A stretch of 64,000 nt of DNA from Thermoproteota archaeon. GTDB taxonomy: Archaea; Thermoproteota; EX4484-205; JAAOZO01. The notes beneath the pieces were generated by a model. It did not search any database. It was not told the origin of the DNA and worked only from the letters and a program-made list of their open reading frames with translations. The translations under genes were made by a program, and so were the position numbers. Of this stretch, positions 1 through 10,768 are shown piece after piece. The DNA is taken from the NCBI GenBank assembly GCA_041479945.1, contig JBGOYZ010000002.1, positions 7,472 to 71,471 on the forward strand, in the 5' to 3' direction. The first letter of the stretch is position 1. Every line of letters starts with the position of its first letter.

Positions 1-59
1 TCGTCAGCAGGGGATACGTGGCGAAAAAGCTCTTGATCTCATGGACTCCAGCCATATGC

Positions 60-758
60 TCAGGGCTCTTGGCGGTTCTGCTGTTTCCGCTCCGCGTTTG
101 ACGATTCGACAATAGTGTCCACGATGGGGAGGAGTTCTCTCAGGTCGTCGACGAAATAGTGGGCAATCTCCTCTAGTTTGCTCTTGTCCCTGCTTCTAGG
201 TTTGAACGCGACCCTGTACCCACAAGCTCGGAGCAACGCGATGTCAAACTGGGTGTCACCAACGCCTAGCACTTCGTCGAGTTCCAGCCCCTGCTCGGAG
301 GCCATCCTCTTGAGGGCCTCATCCTTCTTGAGAAGGTCAACCCTCGGAAGCACATCGCCGGTCAGCCTGCCTTGTTGATCAAACACCAGTCCGTTAGCAA
401 CGCAGCATTCTATGCCTAGGTCCTGACACACCATGTTGGCGAGCAAGTCAAGACCGCTACTAACCACGCCCATCTTGAGGCCCCTTTTCCTCAGGCCGCA
501 TGTGCACTCCCGAGCGCCCTTGCTGAACGTGAACCCTGATAGGATCTTCTCGAGAACTGATCGGCTGATCCCAGCGGGCCAAGCTGACATATCGCGTTTC
601 ATGAACTCAGCATAGTCTATCTCCCCTCTTTCGTACTTCTCCAAGCCGTCTTCTCCCTTCTGTTCGGTCCCGAAAAACTCGTGGACTCTTCCCCAACTGC
701 TCTTTCCTTCAATCAGGGTTCCATCGAGGTCGAAGACCACCATGCGCACTGGTTTCAT
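60..758 (-). CDS. HAD-superfamily hydrolase, phosphoserine phosphatase-like
   Basis: N-terminal motif MVVFDLDGTLI (the HAD DxDG[T/V] nucleophile motif) and C-terminal GDTQFD (motif IV). The track ORF extends to 875, but the ATG at 758 (MKPVRMVV...) avoids overlap with the divergent dcd-like gene. Confidence 0.7.
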   Translation of the reverse strand: MKPVRMVVFDLDGTLIEGKSSWGRVHEFFGTEQKGEDGLEKYERGEIDYAEFMKRDMSAWPAGISRSVLEKILSGFTFSKGARECTCGLRKRGLKMGVVSSGLDLLANMVCQDLGIECCVANGLVFDQQGRLTGDVLPRVDLLKKDEALKRMASEQGLELDEVLGVGDTQFDIALLRACGYRVAFKPRSRDKSKLEEIAHYFVDDLRELLPIVDTIVESSNAERKQQNRQEP

Positions 759-850
759 GAGAATAGCACCTCGTGCTCCATGAGCGTTCGCCGTCTCAAC
801 TCTCAGGCTCAATCCGAGATTGCTTATAAGCAACTCACAAAGGGCGAGGA

Positions 851-1369
851 ATGTTGGCCGTTGTTCCAGGTGCACAACTGATAAGGGACAAGGTCGTAAC
901 GGCTCTCAGAGACCTCCAAGCTCAGACACAACCGGCTGGCATCGACCTGACCGTGGATCGTATTGAATCCTTCACGACTCGACCTTCGTTCACGTTGGAT
1001 TTGCTGGAGGCCGCCAAGACCAAGGAAGTTCGCAGCAAGAACTCCGCCTACGTTCTGAGAACTGGTCCGTATAAGTTGACGTTCTCAGAGGAGATCAGGA
1101 TACCTGCCAACTGCTGTGGTCTCGTATTGCCTAGGTCATCCCTCCTCCGATCAGGTGTTGCGGTGCACACCGCGCTCTGGGATCCCGGATACGAGGGCAA
1201 AGGAAAAGTTCTGCTGTCTGTCCTAAACAGGAAAGGTGCAGTCATATCGATCGGCGCTCGCGTCGCCCAACTGGTGGTCCTTCGACTGTCCGGAGAGCCG
1301 CATAGGATCTACTCAGGACAGTATCAACGCGAGGGGATGGACTCTACACAGGAGGAATCATCGCGGTAA
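851..1369 (+). CDS. dcd: dCTP deaminase/dUTPase-family protein
   Basis: dUTPase-fold motifs GLVLPRSSLLRSG and DPGYEG. ATG at 851 is preceded by GGGCGAGGA. Length 172 aa. Confidence 0.65.
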   Translation: MLAVVPGAQLIRDKVVTALRDLQAQTQPAGIDLTVDRIESFTTRPSFTLDLLEAAKTKEVRSKNSAYVLRTGPYKLTFSEEIRIPANCCGLVLPRSSLLRSGVAVHTALWDPGYEGKGKVLLSVLNRKGAVISIGARVAQLVVLRLSGEPHRIYSGQYQREGMDSTQEESSR

Positions 1370-1898
1370 GCAGCTGGCCCGTCAGCACCTCGACCACCAT
1401 TCCGATAGCCAGCAGGGCCAGAGCCAATATCAGCGATGCGACCAAAGGTCCTACTTCATCGTTTATTCCTTTTCTGGAGAGTATCTTCTGCATGATCACT
1501 ATGTTCTCGGACAGCACCAGGGAATATGCCGAGAATTCAATCAGAGCGTGCGGCATTATCACCGTGAGTAAGAACAACGTTTGGGGGTTCTCTCCCGCTT
1601 GCTGGGCTATTGCGCTCAATGCAGCACCCGTGGTGAACGAGGCCATGAGGGCTGAGCCCAGCCCCAGGAGAGGAACGAGGAAGGTCACGGCGATCATCGC
1701 GTTGTTGAAAAAGATTACCATGTAGCCACCTGCCTGAACATCTTGGGCCAGTCCCTCCATCTCCTGCGCCAGTGTGGGATCAGGCGGTGACAACGTACCT
1801 GCCAATATGGAACCGACTATTACTGCGAATGATAGCAGGATCAGCGGCCTTCGTCCCTTCGCGAATATCTTGCTGAACGATGAGGTGATTGACTCCAT
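1344..1898 (-). CDS. SpoIIM-like/DUF95 integral membrane protein
   Basis: About 5 predicted TM helices with the overall topology of the stage II sporulation protein M (DUF95) family common in archaea. Confidence 0.55.
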   Translation of the reverse strand: MESITSSFSKIFAKGRRPLILLSFAVIVGSILAGTLSPPDPTLAQEMEGLAQDVQAGGYMVIFFNNAMIAVTFLVPLLGLGSALMASFTTGAALSAIAQQAGENPQTLFLLTVIMPHALIEFSAYSLVLSENIVIMQKILSRKGINDEVGPLVASLILALALLAIGMVVEVLTGQLLTAMIPPV

Positions 1899-3281
1899 CT
1901 ATTGTCCCTCGGTCAAACTGAATGCCAGCTTGGCCAAGGTCGATATATAGTTGTCCCTGTCCATCGATTCTCGCTCGGGATCCATGAGTGTCAGCCTGAC
2001 CTCTCCGAGCACCTGATACTTGTTCTCCTCAGCCTTTCTCAGCTTGGCCTCGATGGTCTTTGCCTTCCTACGGTCCGCCTTGGTGACACCTTTCCTCGTC
2101 CTCCTAATCAAGTCGGTCGATGCAATGCCAACTTCCAGCAAATCGGATATCTTCCGTGTCATCGGCATCAGTTCGGTCCTCAGTGGGCCCTTCAGTTGTC
2201 TCGCGATCTGGCTGATCGCTCTTCTCTGCAGGATCAGGTAATCAGACAGAGCTTTGGCAGAATTCTGATCCCTTGGATTGTGCTTCACAGACTCCAACAG
2301 TTGGCTGAGCCTCTCGGACTCCCTGAAGTCTAGGAACGAGCCCCTTGAATGCTCTGAGAGGCTCAGGAAAGGCTTCCACATCGCCTTCGGCATCAGTCCC
2401 TTTACGGCCCTCTCCCACGCCTTGTCTGGATCATATCTGACGGGGTCTTTGAAGTACTCTCTGTAAGTCAGTAATGCAAACTTCGATGCCTCGGCCTGAT
2501 TCATCGGGTTGGACACGAAACCAGAGAGGTATTCAAGCAGGTCAGGGGATCTCCTTCTGACGGGCCCGAGGAAGATCTTCAGCTGGTGGGCGTAGTCGTT
2601 CACCGGGTAGTTGTCCCAGAGGAACGGTTTCCTTCCTATGCCCGTGCCAAATGAATCTGCGTCCTCTGCCGTTATGGATGGTGTGCAGACGTATTTTCCA
2701 GTCCACATGATATAGACGCTTTGGGATAGCTTCTCCCCGAGAGCCCTGTGGTAATCAGTCGGCTGTACACCTATGTACTGCGTCGGGCAAAGGATCAATC
2801 TGGATCCATCCCCCACGATCTCCCTCAGCTTCTTCTCCAACTCGTTCCCCAAGTGAGCGTGGGCTTCTCCAAGACTGCTGAATGCCGCCTTATCCTCTTC
2901 ATGCTGCAGTTCATCAGGTATGTCATCTAGGAACAGGCCGAACCATTCGACGCCCAGTTTCGCGACCTCAGCAAACTTCGTGGACAGTTTCTGGAAATCT
3001 GAGTCGGATGAGTACCGCATCGAGAGCCCCGGGCTCACTGCAAAGCAGAAGTTCACGCCGCTACGTCTGGATGTCTTCACCAGCTGAGCTAACTTGGCGA
3101 ACAGGCTCTTGGAATATGGCTCTGCCCACTTCTCCCTGTGATATGGGTCATCCTTGGGTGCATATATGTAGACGTTGAATCCATTCTTGCCCAAGAACTT
3201 GATCATGTCCAATCTTGCGGCGTGAGACCAGGGTGGTCCGTAGAATCCCTCAACAACTCCCAGAGGTATCTGTTCGTTCAT
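1899..3281 (-). CDS. Glycoside hydrolase family 84 (O-GlcNAcase/beta-N-acetylglucosaminidase homolog)
   Basis: Strong colinear match to the GH84 catalytic domain: VVEGFYGPPW, YIYAPKDD, FAVSPGL and the catalytic FLDDIP (DD dyad), then WTG...PFLWDNYPVNDY. A C-terminal helical region follows, as in OGA. Confidence 0.85.
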   Translation of the reverse strand: MNEQIPLGVVEGFYGPPWSHAARLDMIKFLGKNGFNVYIYAPKDDPYHREKWAEPYSKSLFAKLAQLVKTSRRSGVNFCFAVSPGLSMRYSSDSDFQKLSTKFAEVAKLGVEWFGLFLDDIPDELQHEEDKAAFSSLGEAHAHLGNELEKKLREIVGDGSRLILCPTQYIGVQPTDYHRALGEKLSQSVYIMWTGKYVCTPSITAEDADSFGTGIGRKPFLWDNYPVNDYAHQLKIFLGPVRRRSPDLLEYLSGFVSNPMNQAEASKFALLTYREYFKDPVRYDPDKAWERAVKGLMPKAMWKPFLSLSEHSRGSFLDFRESERLSQLLESVKHNPRDQNSAKALSDYLILQRRAISQIARQLKGPLRTELMPMTRKISDLLEVGIASTDLIRRTRKGVTKADRRKAKTIEAKLRKAEENKYQVLGEVRLTLMDPERESMDRDNYISTLAKLAFSLTEGQ

Positions 3282-3337
3282 GTGGACTAACTGAGCCTCG
3301 TGAAGTTATAAGGCTGAATGGACTTGATTTTGGCGAA

Positions 3338-3841
3338 ATGTCTCCAAAGATCGGCATAATGGGAGACTCGCATGACAATCTCGGACTCATGAGAAAAGCA
3401 GTCGACAGGTTCAACCGCGACAAGGTCAGTCATGTGCTCCACACAGGAGACATAGTGAGCCCATTTGCCGCGAAGGAACTTGGCAGACTCAGCTGCCCCT
3501 TCACTGTAACCTTTGGCAATAACGACGGCGAAAGGCTGATGCTGAGGGATGTTGTGACTTCGTTAGGTGGAAAGCTCCTATGGCCACTGGCCACTCTGTC
3601 AATTGATGGCAAGAAGATTGCACTTGTTCACGGAGAAGATCGGGACTTGGTCAGTGCTCTGGCCAGAAGTCGAGACTTCTCACTCGTGGCATGTGGCCAT
3701 TGGCACGATCCCGCTGTTCAGAAGACAAGGAATGGCGACCTCGTCGTGAACCCCGGAGAAACTTGCGGCTACCTAACTGGAAGGGCAACGGTAGCGGTCG
3801 CGGATCTGGAAACTAAGGAAGCTAGCATCATAGACCTTTGA
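3338..3841 (+). CDS. Metallophosphoesterase (YfcE/MJ0936-like phosphodiesterase)
   Basis: Calcineurin-like motifs GDSHDN, HTGDIV, GNND, VHGH, GHWH. The true start is most likely the ATG at 3338 (MSPKIGIMGD); the track's upstream extension overlaps the GH84 gene. Confidence 0.75.
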   Translation: MSPKIGIMGDSHDNLGLMRKAVDRFNRDKVSHVLHTGDIVSPFAAKELGRLSCPFTVTFGNNDGERLMLRDVVTSLGGKLLWPLATLSIDGKKIALVHGEDRDLVSALARSRDFSLVACGHWHDPAVQKTRNGDLVVNPGETCGYLTGRATVAVADLETKEASIIDL

Positions 3842-4308
3842 GCACGACATCTTCTGAGGCTGGCACTTATTGTCTTGTGTTACGGGCCACTCGTGGCGTA
3901 CGGATTCGTGTCGGTTCATTTGGAACGTTCACTTTCGTTCCAGGCCTCTATCTCTATGTCGGGTCTGCTAGGGGCCCCGGCGGGTTGAGGGCAAGAATAG
4001 GGAGACATCTCAGGAGAGACAAGGTCAAGAGGTGGCACATCGACTACTTGACGGCCTCCAGTTCGTTCAGGCCGGTCGGAGTGTTCACAGGCATGTCCGC
4101 GAGACGAATGGAGGGGACGTTGGTGGTAGAGTTGATGCGGGCGGGTATTGACCAATGTGTTGCTGGGTTCGGAAGCACGGACGATCCAAGGGTCACATCG
4201 CACCTGCTAGCTGCCACCACTTCGCTTGAAGAATGTCGTCGGATCGTCCAACGGTCGTTCTCTCGCCTCTTCCCCTTCCGATCCGCGTTCTTGGCGCTCG
4301 GTCAGTGA
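3838..4308 (+). CDS. DUF123/GIY-YIG-like (Uri superfamily) nuclease-domain protein
   Basis: Pattern YCLVLR...GxYxYVGSA...RxxRHxxK...WHIDYL, typical of the archaeal DUF123 GIY-YIG family. Confidence 0.55.
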   Translation: MSTTSSEAGTYCLVLRATRGVRIRVGSFGTFTFVPGLYLYVGSARGPGGLRARIGRHLRRDKVKRWHIDYLTASSSFRPVGVFTGMSARRMEGTLVVELMRAGIDQCVAGFGSTDDPRVTSHLLAATTSLEECRRIVQRSFSRLFPFRSAFLALGQ

Positions 4309-4322
4309 TCTGGCTCTTTGGC

Positions 4323-5357
<1,035 letters not shown>

Positions 5358-5435
5358 TCAGCAGAGCCAGTTCAATGGGATAAATCTTTCACACGGTTCG
5401 GAAGAGGAGCGAGCAGTCTGGCAGGATCTTATGCC

Positions 5436-6704
5436 ATGAGTGTCAGACTTTTATCTCCGATTCTGCGGGGTCTTGTGGAGGAAAATGAATTGAGCTTCAG
5501 AACGCTTGATGACGTGGATGTCAAGGACAAGACCGTCATAGTGAGGGTCGACCTGAACTCCCCGCTGGACCCGAAGACCCTGAAGATAATCGACGATAGC
5601 AGGATCAGGCTTCATTCGGGGACGATAAACGAGATCGCTGACAAGGGTGGGAGGGTGGTTGTTCTTGCGCACCAAGGTAGGAAAGGCGACGAGGACTTCA
5701 CTGACCTGTCTCAGCACGCGGAGGCCATGAAGAAGTACATGAAGCATCCGCTGAGATTCGTTAAGGACGTGATAGGGCCCGAGGCGGTCGGTGCCATCCG
5801 ATCCCTGCAAGGCGGACGCGTCCTGCTCCTAGACAACGTTAGGTCCCTTGACGAGGAGACAAAGGAGTTGTCCCCTCAAGAACACGCAAAAGGCAAGCTC
5901 GTGTCTACTCTTTCTCCGCTGGCAAACCTCTTCGTCAACGACGCATTCGCGGCGGCCCACAGATCTCACGCTTCGATAGTCGGGTTCACGGTAACCCTGC
6001 CATCCGTAGCGGGCAGAGTCATGGAAAGGGAGCTCAACGCGCTGAAGAGAGTCTACGAGGAACCTGAGAAACCTTCCGTGTACGTTTTTGGAGGTGCGAA
6101 GCCAAAGGAGACTTTCGTGGTGATCGGTCATGTCCTAGACAAGGGAATAGCTGACAGGGTGCTCGTCGGCGGCATGGTCAGTACAGTCTTGGCATACGTT
6201 TCTGGACAAGATGTCGGGGAAAAGAACGTCCAAGAGATCAAGGGGAAGGGGTTCGAGAAGATGTTTCCAACCGCGAAAGCCATAATGGAGAAATACCCAG
6301 ACAAGATCGTGATCCCAGTTGACGTGGCCATAGATGTGAATGGCAAGAGAAAGGAAGTCAAGAAAGAGGATTTCCCGCCCTCCTCAGAGATAAGGGACAT
6401 CGGCTCCGAGACGATTCGACTCTTCTCAGAGTTTGCCAAGGATGCGAGATCACTTGTGATTAACGGGCCGCTTGGTCTCTTTGAGGATGAGAAGTTCGCT
6501 ACTGGAACGGTCGAGTTCATACGTTCGCTCTCGAAGTCCAAGGCATACTCGGTCATGGGAGGCGGACATTCGGTAGCTGCTCTGGAGCAATACGGCATCG
6601 CTGACTGCATAAGCTACATCAGCACTGGCGGTGGTGCCATGATCTCCTATCTCTCGGGAGAGCGCCTTCCTGGAGTGGAAGCCCTGAAGGCGGCGGCGAA
6701 ATAG
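5436..6704 (+). CDS. pgk: Phosphoglycerate kinase (archaeal type)
   Basis: VRVDLNSP near the N-terminus, AHRSHAS, and C-terminal GGGHS...ISTGGGA. Overall colinearity with archaeal PGKs. Length 422 aa. Confidence 0.9.
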   Translation: MSVRLLSPILRGLVEENELSFRTLDDVDVKDKTVIVRVDLNSPLDPKTLKIIDDSRIRLHSGTINEIADKGGRVVVLAHQGRKGDEDFTDLSQHAEAMKKYMKHPLRFVKDVIGPEAVGAIRSLQGGRVLLLDNVRSLDEETKELSPQEHAKGKLVSTLSPLANLFVNDAFAAAHRSHASIVGFTVTLPSVAGRVMERELNALKRVYEEPEKPSVYVFGGAKPKETFVVIGHVLDKGIADRVLVGGMVSTVLAYVSGQDVGEKNVQEIKGKGFEKMFPTAKAIMEKYPDKIVIPVDVAIDVNGKRKEVKKEDFPPSSEIRDIGSETIRLFSEFAKDARSLVINGPLGLFEDEKFATGTVEFIRSLSKSKAYSVMGGGHSVAALEQYGIADCISYISTGGGAMISYLSGERLPGVEALKAAAK

Positions 6705-6775
6705 ACGAATCCCACACCTGCGAGAGCAAACGGACCGAACCTTTTTCTACTGACCGGGAATAGGAGAGAAGTAGC

Positions 6776-7744
6776 TTGAGTTATGTGCTCGCACTCGACG
6801 GGGATGACACTAGGGCTATAGCGGTTGCCGTGTCGAACGATGGCAAGACTCTGGCCAAGTCAACTGCGGGCCCCTGCAGCCCATCAGTGATGAGCCTGAA
6901 CGAGGTCGCCAAGGCGGTCTACTTTGACCTGACCGATCTGATCCTATCCGCTAGGCTCTCCTTCTCCTCATACGGTTGGGCGTCCATCGCAATTGAGGGC
7001 CTGAAGGGTGCTGGGGACAAGGACGGACTCTTCTCGGACATATCTTCAGTGTTGGGTTCAACTTCCAAGTTGAGCGTTCATTCGGCCCAGGAAGCTGCGT
7101 ATGCCGCGGTGTTTCCACAAGGAGGTGGAATAGTTGTTTCGCTTGGAACCGGATCGAGCGCGTACGCCGTCAAGAACGGCGCGGAGGTCAGAGCTGGCGG
7201 CTGGGGACACACCGTAGACAATGAAGGAGGTGGCTACTGGCTCGGAGCAAAGGCGATCGGGGCAATCATGCAGTCGTACGATGGCAGAATGCCTGGGACT
7301 TCTCTCTCCCAGATGGTGCTGAAGTGGGTATCTGCCGAGCGCCCAGATAACCTGCCAGAGTGGTGCAAGAGCGCGTCCGCCAAAGACATAGCTTCGATTT
7401 CAACTCTGGTGCTGGGCGCAGCAAGATCGGGAGACAAGGTCGCTACAGGGATACTGAAAGAGGGTGCGCGAGAGCTGGCCAAGATGGTGTGGGCGGTATG
7501 GGAAAGGACCGACATCCGCGTTCCGGTGGAAGTGGCATTCACAGGTCAACTTGTAAAGGAAGGCCCCCAGATGATCCAACTTATCATGGACGAGCTGAAG
7601 AACTTGGGCCTTGAGGCCACAGCTAGAGTTGGGATCTACAGTTCGCTCTTGGGTGCTGAGTTGTTAGCCCTCAGGTCGAGTGGCGTATCCGTGAGCCAAG
7701 AAATGACTGAGGGGCTCAAGTCCTCGTTGGAATCCATATTATGA
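6776..7744 (+). CDS. BadF/BadG/BcrA/BcrD-type ASKHA ATPase (N-acetylglucosamine kinase-like)
   Basis: N-terminal LALDGDDT (actin-fold phosphate-1 motif) and glycine-rich LGTGSSAYA. TTG start at 6776 is preceded by AGGAGAGAAG. Confidence 0.6.
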   Translation: MSYVLALDGDDTRAIAVAVSNDGKTLAKSTAGPCSPSVMSLNEVAKAVYFDLTDLILSARLSFSSYGWASIAIEGLKGAGDKDGLFSDISSVLGSTSKLSVHSAQEAAYAAVFPQGGGIVVSLGTGSSAYAVKNGAEVRAGGWGHTVDNEGGGYWLGAKAIGAIMQSYDGRMPGTSLSQMVLKWVSAERPDNLPEWCKSASAKDIASISTLVLGAARSGDKVATGILKEGARELAKMVWAVWERTDIRVPVEVAFTGQLVKEGPQMIQLIMDELKNLGLEATARVGIYSSLLGAELLALRSSGVSVSQEMTEGLKSSLESIL

Positions 7745-7836
7745 TGGGCTTCCTTAGGACTCATCATATGGCTAGGGCGGTCGCAGTATTCTCACGCTTT
7801 TATCTCGGCGCATTTCCGGAGGGCGCGGCATAGAAC

Positions 7837-9225
7837 ATGACGAACAAGTTCGAACTGGGTATGTGGGCGTACATGGACTTCAGGGAACGCCCCCTTGGTG
7901 ACGAAGACATGAAGAGGTTCGTGGACTGGTCCGAGAAGGTCGGAGTGCAGAAAGTTCTGATGAATGTCAGGACAGATCTGTTCGCTGACTACCCAAACAG
8001 CAAGATGTTGCCTACGACCGCTAAGTTCAGGAACTGGAATGCCCTCGGCGAGGCGACGAAGCGGCTTCATGATCTCGGCAAGGAAGTTCACGCAATGATA
8101 GTAGTTGCGCCGTGGTTGCGGCTGGGGTGGACACCAAGGTCCCGGGGTCAGGTCGACTTCAGACCAAAGCCTGCACTGTTGGACAACCCGGATTGGCTGC
8201 CAACAGACAGGTACGGGATAAGGGAGGACAAAGCGCCGTTCTTCGGGTCGCAGTTGGATGTTGACATCGGAAAGCCAGAGGTTCGGCAGTTCATAGCGGA
8301 TCACGCAGAAGACATCCTGACCGCCAATCCGGAGCTAGACGGCATTCACTTGGACTTCATCAGGTTCAGGTACTGGAAATCATCCATCACAATGGACATC
8401 AGGAGTGGCGCTGACTTCGGCAGACTGATGGACAAAGGGGACATCTTCTACGTGACCAAAGAGGTGACTGGCCTCACGGGACAGGCTGCCATCAAGCTTG
8501 CGTATCATCTGAAGGATAATGACAGGACCAAGTACGCACCCTACGACGGCACAAAGGCTGTGTTGGAGAGGGAGTTCGCCTACTGTTTCTGCGACAGCTG
8601 CCTCGGGAGGTTCCAGGCGGAAACGGGCGTCGAGATCCCGAAAGCCCTGCACAGTACGAGGGAGAAAGCGGATTGGATACTGGGTACACAATCAGACAAG
8701 TGGTATTCATGGAGGGCCTCACAGGTCACCGACCAGGTCAAACTGGTCAAGAAGCGGATGAGGGATCTCTCTAGCAGGTACAAGCTATCCGCTGCAACCT
8801 TTGGTAGATTCCCACCTCATGGAATCGTGACCAACGATGTTCCTCCGAAGCACGACGACTATGATTCAGTGCTCAGGGATCTCGGACAGGACTGGATATC
8901 ATGGGCGAATGAAGGACTCCTCGACTTCGCAGAACCGATGCTGTACTGGACAAGCCCTAAGGATCTCGGAGCCATTACCGGGAACCTAATGAGCAGGATG
9001 AAGAACAGGAGTTTCCCCATATATCCCGGGGTGCTAGTTTCAAACGAGTACGTGGTCGAGGCAAACCAAGTGCCCGAATATGCGAAGAGCGCAATGCAGG
9101 CTGGAGGATCAGGAATCACTCTATTTCCGTACGCCGGCTGGTGCGCACCACACCGCAAGGCATGGGGACTGCCTGAGATCCGCGACTATGACGACGCCCT
9201 CATCGGCTTGAGAGGTCGGGAGTGA
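7837..9225 (+). CDS. Putative TIM-barrel glycoside hydrolase-like protein (GHL/DUF4015-like)
   Basis: DGIHLDFIRFRYW segment reminiscent of glycosyl-hydrolase-like families. Carries a Cys cluster CFCDSC. Family assignment is tentative. Confidence 0.35.
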   Translation: MTNKFELGMWAYMDFRERPLGDEDMKRFVDWSEKVGVQKVLMNVRTDLFADYPNSKMLPTTAKFRNWNALGEATKRLHDLGKEVHAMIVVAPWLRLGWTPRSRGQVDFRPKPALLDNPDWLPTDRYGIREDKAPFFGSQLDVDIGKPEVRQFIADHAEDILTANPELDGIHLDFIRFRYWKSSITMDIRSGADFGRLMDKGDIFYVTKEVTGLTGQAAIKLAYHLKDNDRTKYAPYDGTKAVLEREFAYCFCDSCLGRFQAETGVEIPKALHSTREKADWILGTQSDKWYSWRASQVTDQVKLVKKRMRDLSSRYKLSAATFGRFPPHGIVTNDVPPKHDDYDSVLRDLGQDWISWANEGLLDFAEPMLYWTSPKDLGAITGNLMSRMKNRSFPIYPGVLVSNEYVVEANQVPEYAKSAMQAGGSGITLFPYAGWCAPHRKAWGLPEIRDYDDALIGLRGRE

Positions 9226-9331
9226 GCAGAGATGGTTACTGTCCCACTACCACTCGAACTGATCGGAACACTCAAGCTAATATGGTGAGACGGGGGGACA
9301 GCAGCGAGGGATCAGGGGTGCAAAGGCAAAG

Positions 9332-10630
9332 TTGCTGACAAAGAGTGGAAAACTGATATACGCGATGGGCAGACTTGGCTCGTCGACTCTACTTTCTCTT
9401 GTCGACCTCGCGACATTTTGGCTCTATCTTGACTATTTCGGCCTCGGAGGCATGCTCACTGGCATCGCGTTTGCCATCGGGAAACTCGTGATCGCGTTCT
9501 TCGGCTGGTACTTCGGTTATCTGAGCGACATAACAGTGTCACGACGATGGGGAAGACGTAGGCCCTACATCTTGGCTGGATGCCTGCTGCTTGCTTTCTC
9601 CACGGTCATGCTGTTCGTCCCAGACTATTTCATCCCAATCGGTGATCAGTGGCCTCTTTTCCTATATGCCACGTTCTTTCTCAGCTTGGCGAACCTCAGC
9701 TACGGCCTACTGAGCACGCCCTACATGGCTTGGCTCGCAGAGATAGCCGACCCAGGTGAACGAGTGGAGGTGTCTGCATATCAGAACGTCTTCGGCATGG
9801 GGGCGCAGGTCGTGGGGACGCTCATCGGCTTCGCGCTACCGGCACTCAGGGCTGGCGGTGCATCTCAAGCCCTATTTCTATTGCTCGGCTTGGGAGTTGT
9901 CGAGATTGTCCTCTATGTTCCGGCTCTCATCAAGATAAGAGAGAAAGACAGGCCAATCCCGAAACCCAACGTTCGTCGGGAGATCTCGATAGTCTTGGCC
10001 AACAAGAACTATCGGAACTGGTTTGTCCTTCAAGGTTTGATGTCGATGCCAACGGCGATTCTTGCGAGTCTGATCATGACTTACCTGCAGAAGGTTCTCA
10101 ACGTCACAGGAACTCAGTTCATGATAGTAGGCGGCCTAATGCTCTTGGTCACTATGTTACTCTTCCCGGTCTGGGCGATGATCTCTAAACGAGTGGGGAA
10201 GAAGAAGCCTATCACAGCGTCCCTCTTGATCTTGGTGTTCTCGCTTCCGCTGACCTTGGTCTTTGGCCAGCCGTTCCTCAGCTCCATTCCCAGCATAATC
10301 CAAGGGGTCGTCTTCATATCGTTGTTCGGAATCGGCATTTCCGGTTGGTATCTTCTCCCGAATCCAGTGACCGCGGACATGGCCCAGGAAGACGAGATGT
10401 CTGGAGGGGAGGCCAGGGCTGGCAGCTACAACGGTCTGATCTCTATCCCTCTGAATGTGCTCCAAGCTCTAGCTCGTTTCATAGCTGGCTTCATCGCGGA
10501 TCTGCCACTTGTCGCAGGTCAGACCTACTCCATGGGGTTGCTCGTGTGGGGTCCAGTGTCCTCCGTCCTACTGATCCCGTGTCTGTATGTCTTGGTGAAA
10601 TACGTGCAGACGGATCCGCTGAAGAAGTAG
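9332..10630 (+). CDS. MFS transporter (GPH/sugar-cation symporter-like)
   Basis: 12 predicted TM helices and an MFS signature GRRRPYIL after TM2. The start may instead be the ATG at 9365. Confidence 0.75.
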   Translation: MLTKSGKLIYAMGRLGSSTLLSLVDLATFWLYLDYFGLGGMLTGIAFAIGKLVIAFFGWYFGYLSDITVSRRWGRRRPYILAGCLLLAFSTVMLFVPDYFIPIGDQWPLFLYATFFLSLANLSYGLLSTPYMAWLAEIADPGERVEVSAYQNVFGMGAQVVGTLIGFALPALRAGGASQALFLLLGLGVVEIVLYVPALIKIREKDRPIPKPNVRREISIVLANKNYRNWFVLQGLMSMPTAILASLIMTYLQKVLNVTGTQFMIVGGLMLLVTMLLFPVWAMISKRVGKKKPITASLLILVFSLPLTLVFGQPFLSSIPSIIQGVVFISLFGIGISGWYLLPNPVTADMAQEDEMSGGEARAGSYNGLISIPLNVLQALARFIAGFIADLPLVAGQTYSMGLLVWGPVSSVLLIPCLYVLVKYVQTDPLKK

Positions 10631-10768
10631 TCAGAGCACACACTCCGGGAGCTACTGGGAGAAGAAGACGATCTTCCGTCGGGCACCCGACCGGTCCGAT
10701 GCAGTCGTGGATAGCGTTAAGTACCCGGAAATCGCCTGCAGAACGAATCAGGTAGAGGTAATCAGCAG

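Noticed and set aside
759-875. N-terminal 39-aa extension of the HAD hydrolase ORF to 875
   Set aside because: It would overlap the divergent dcd-like gene start (851). The conserved HAD motif I begins right after the internal ATG at 758.
8380-8783. Several 60-100-aa minus-strand ORFs within 7837..9225
   Set aside because: Embedded antisense in the long plus-strand glycoside-hydrolase-like CDS, with no coding signatures.
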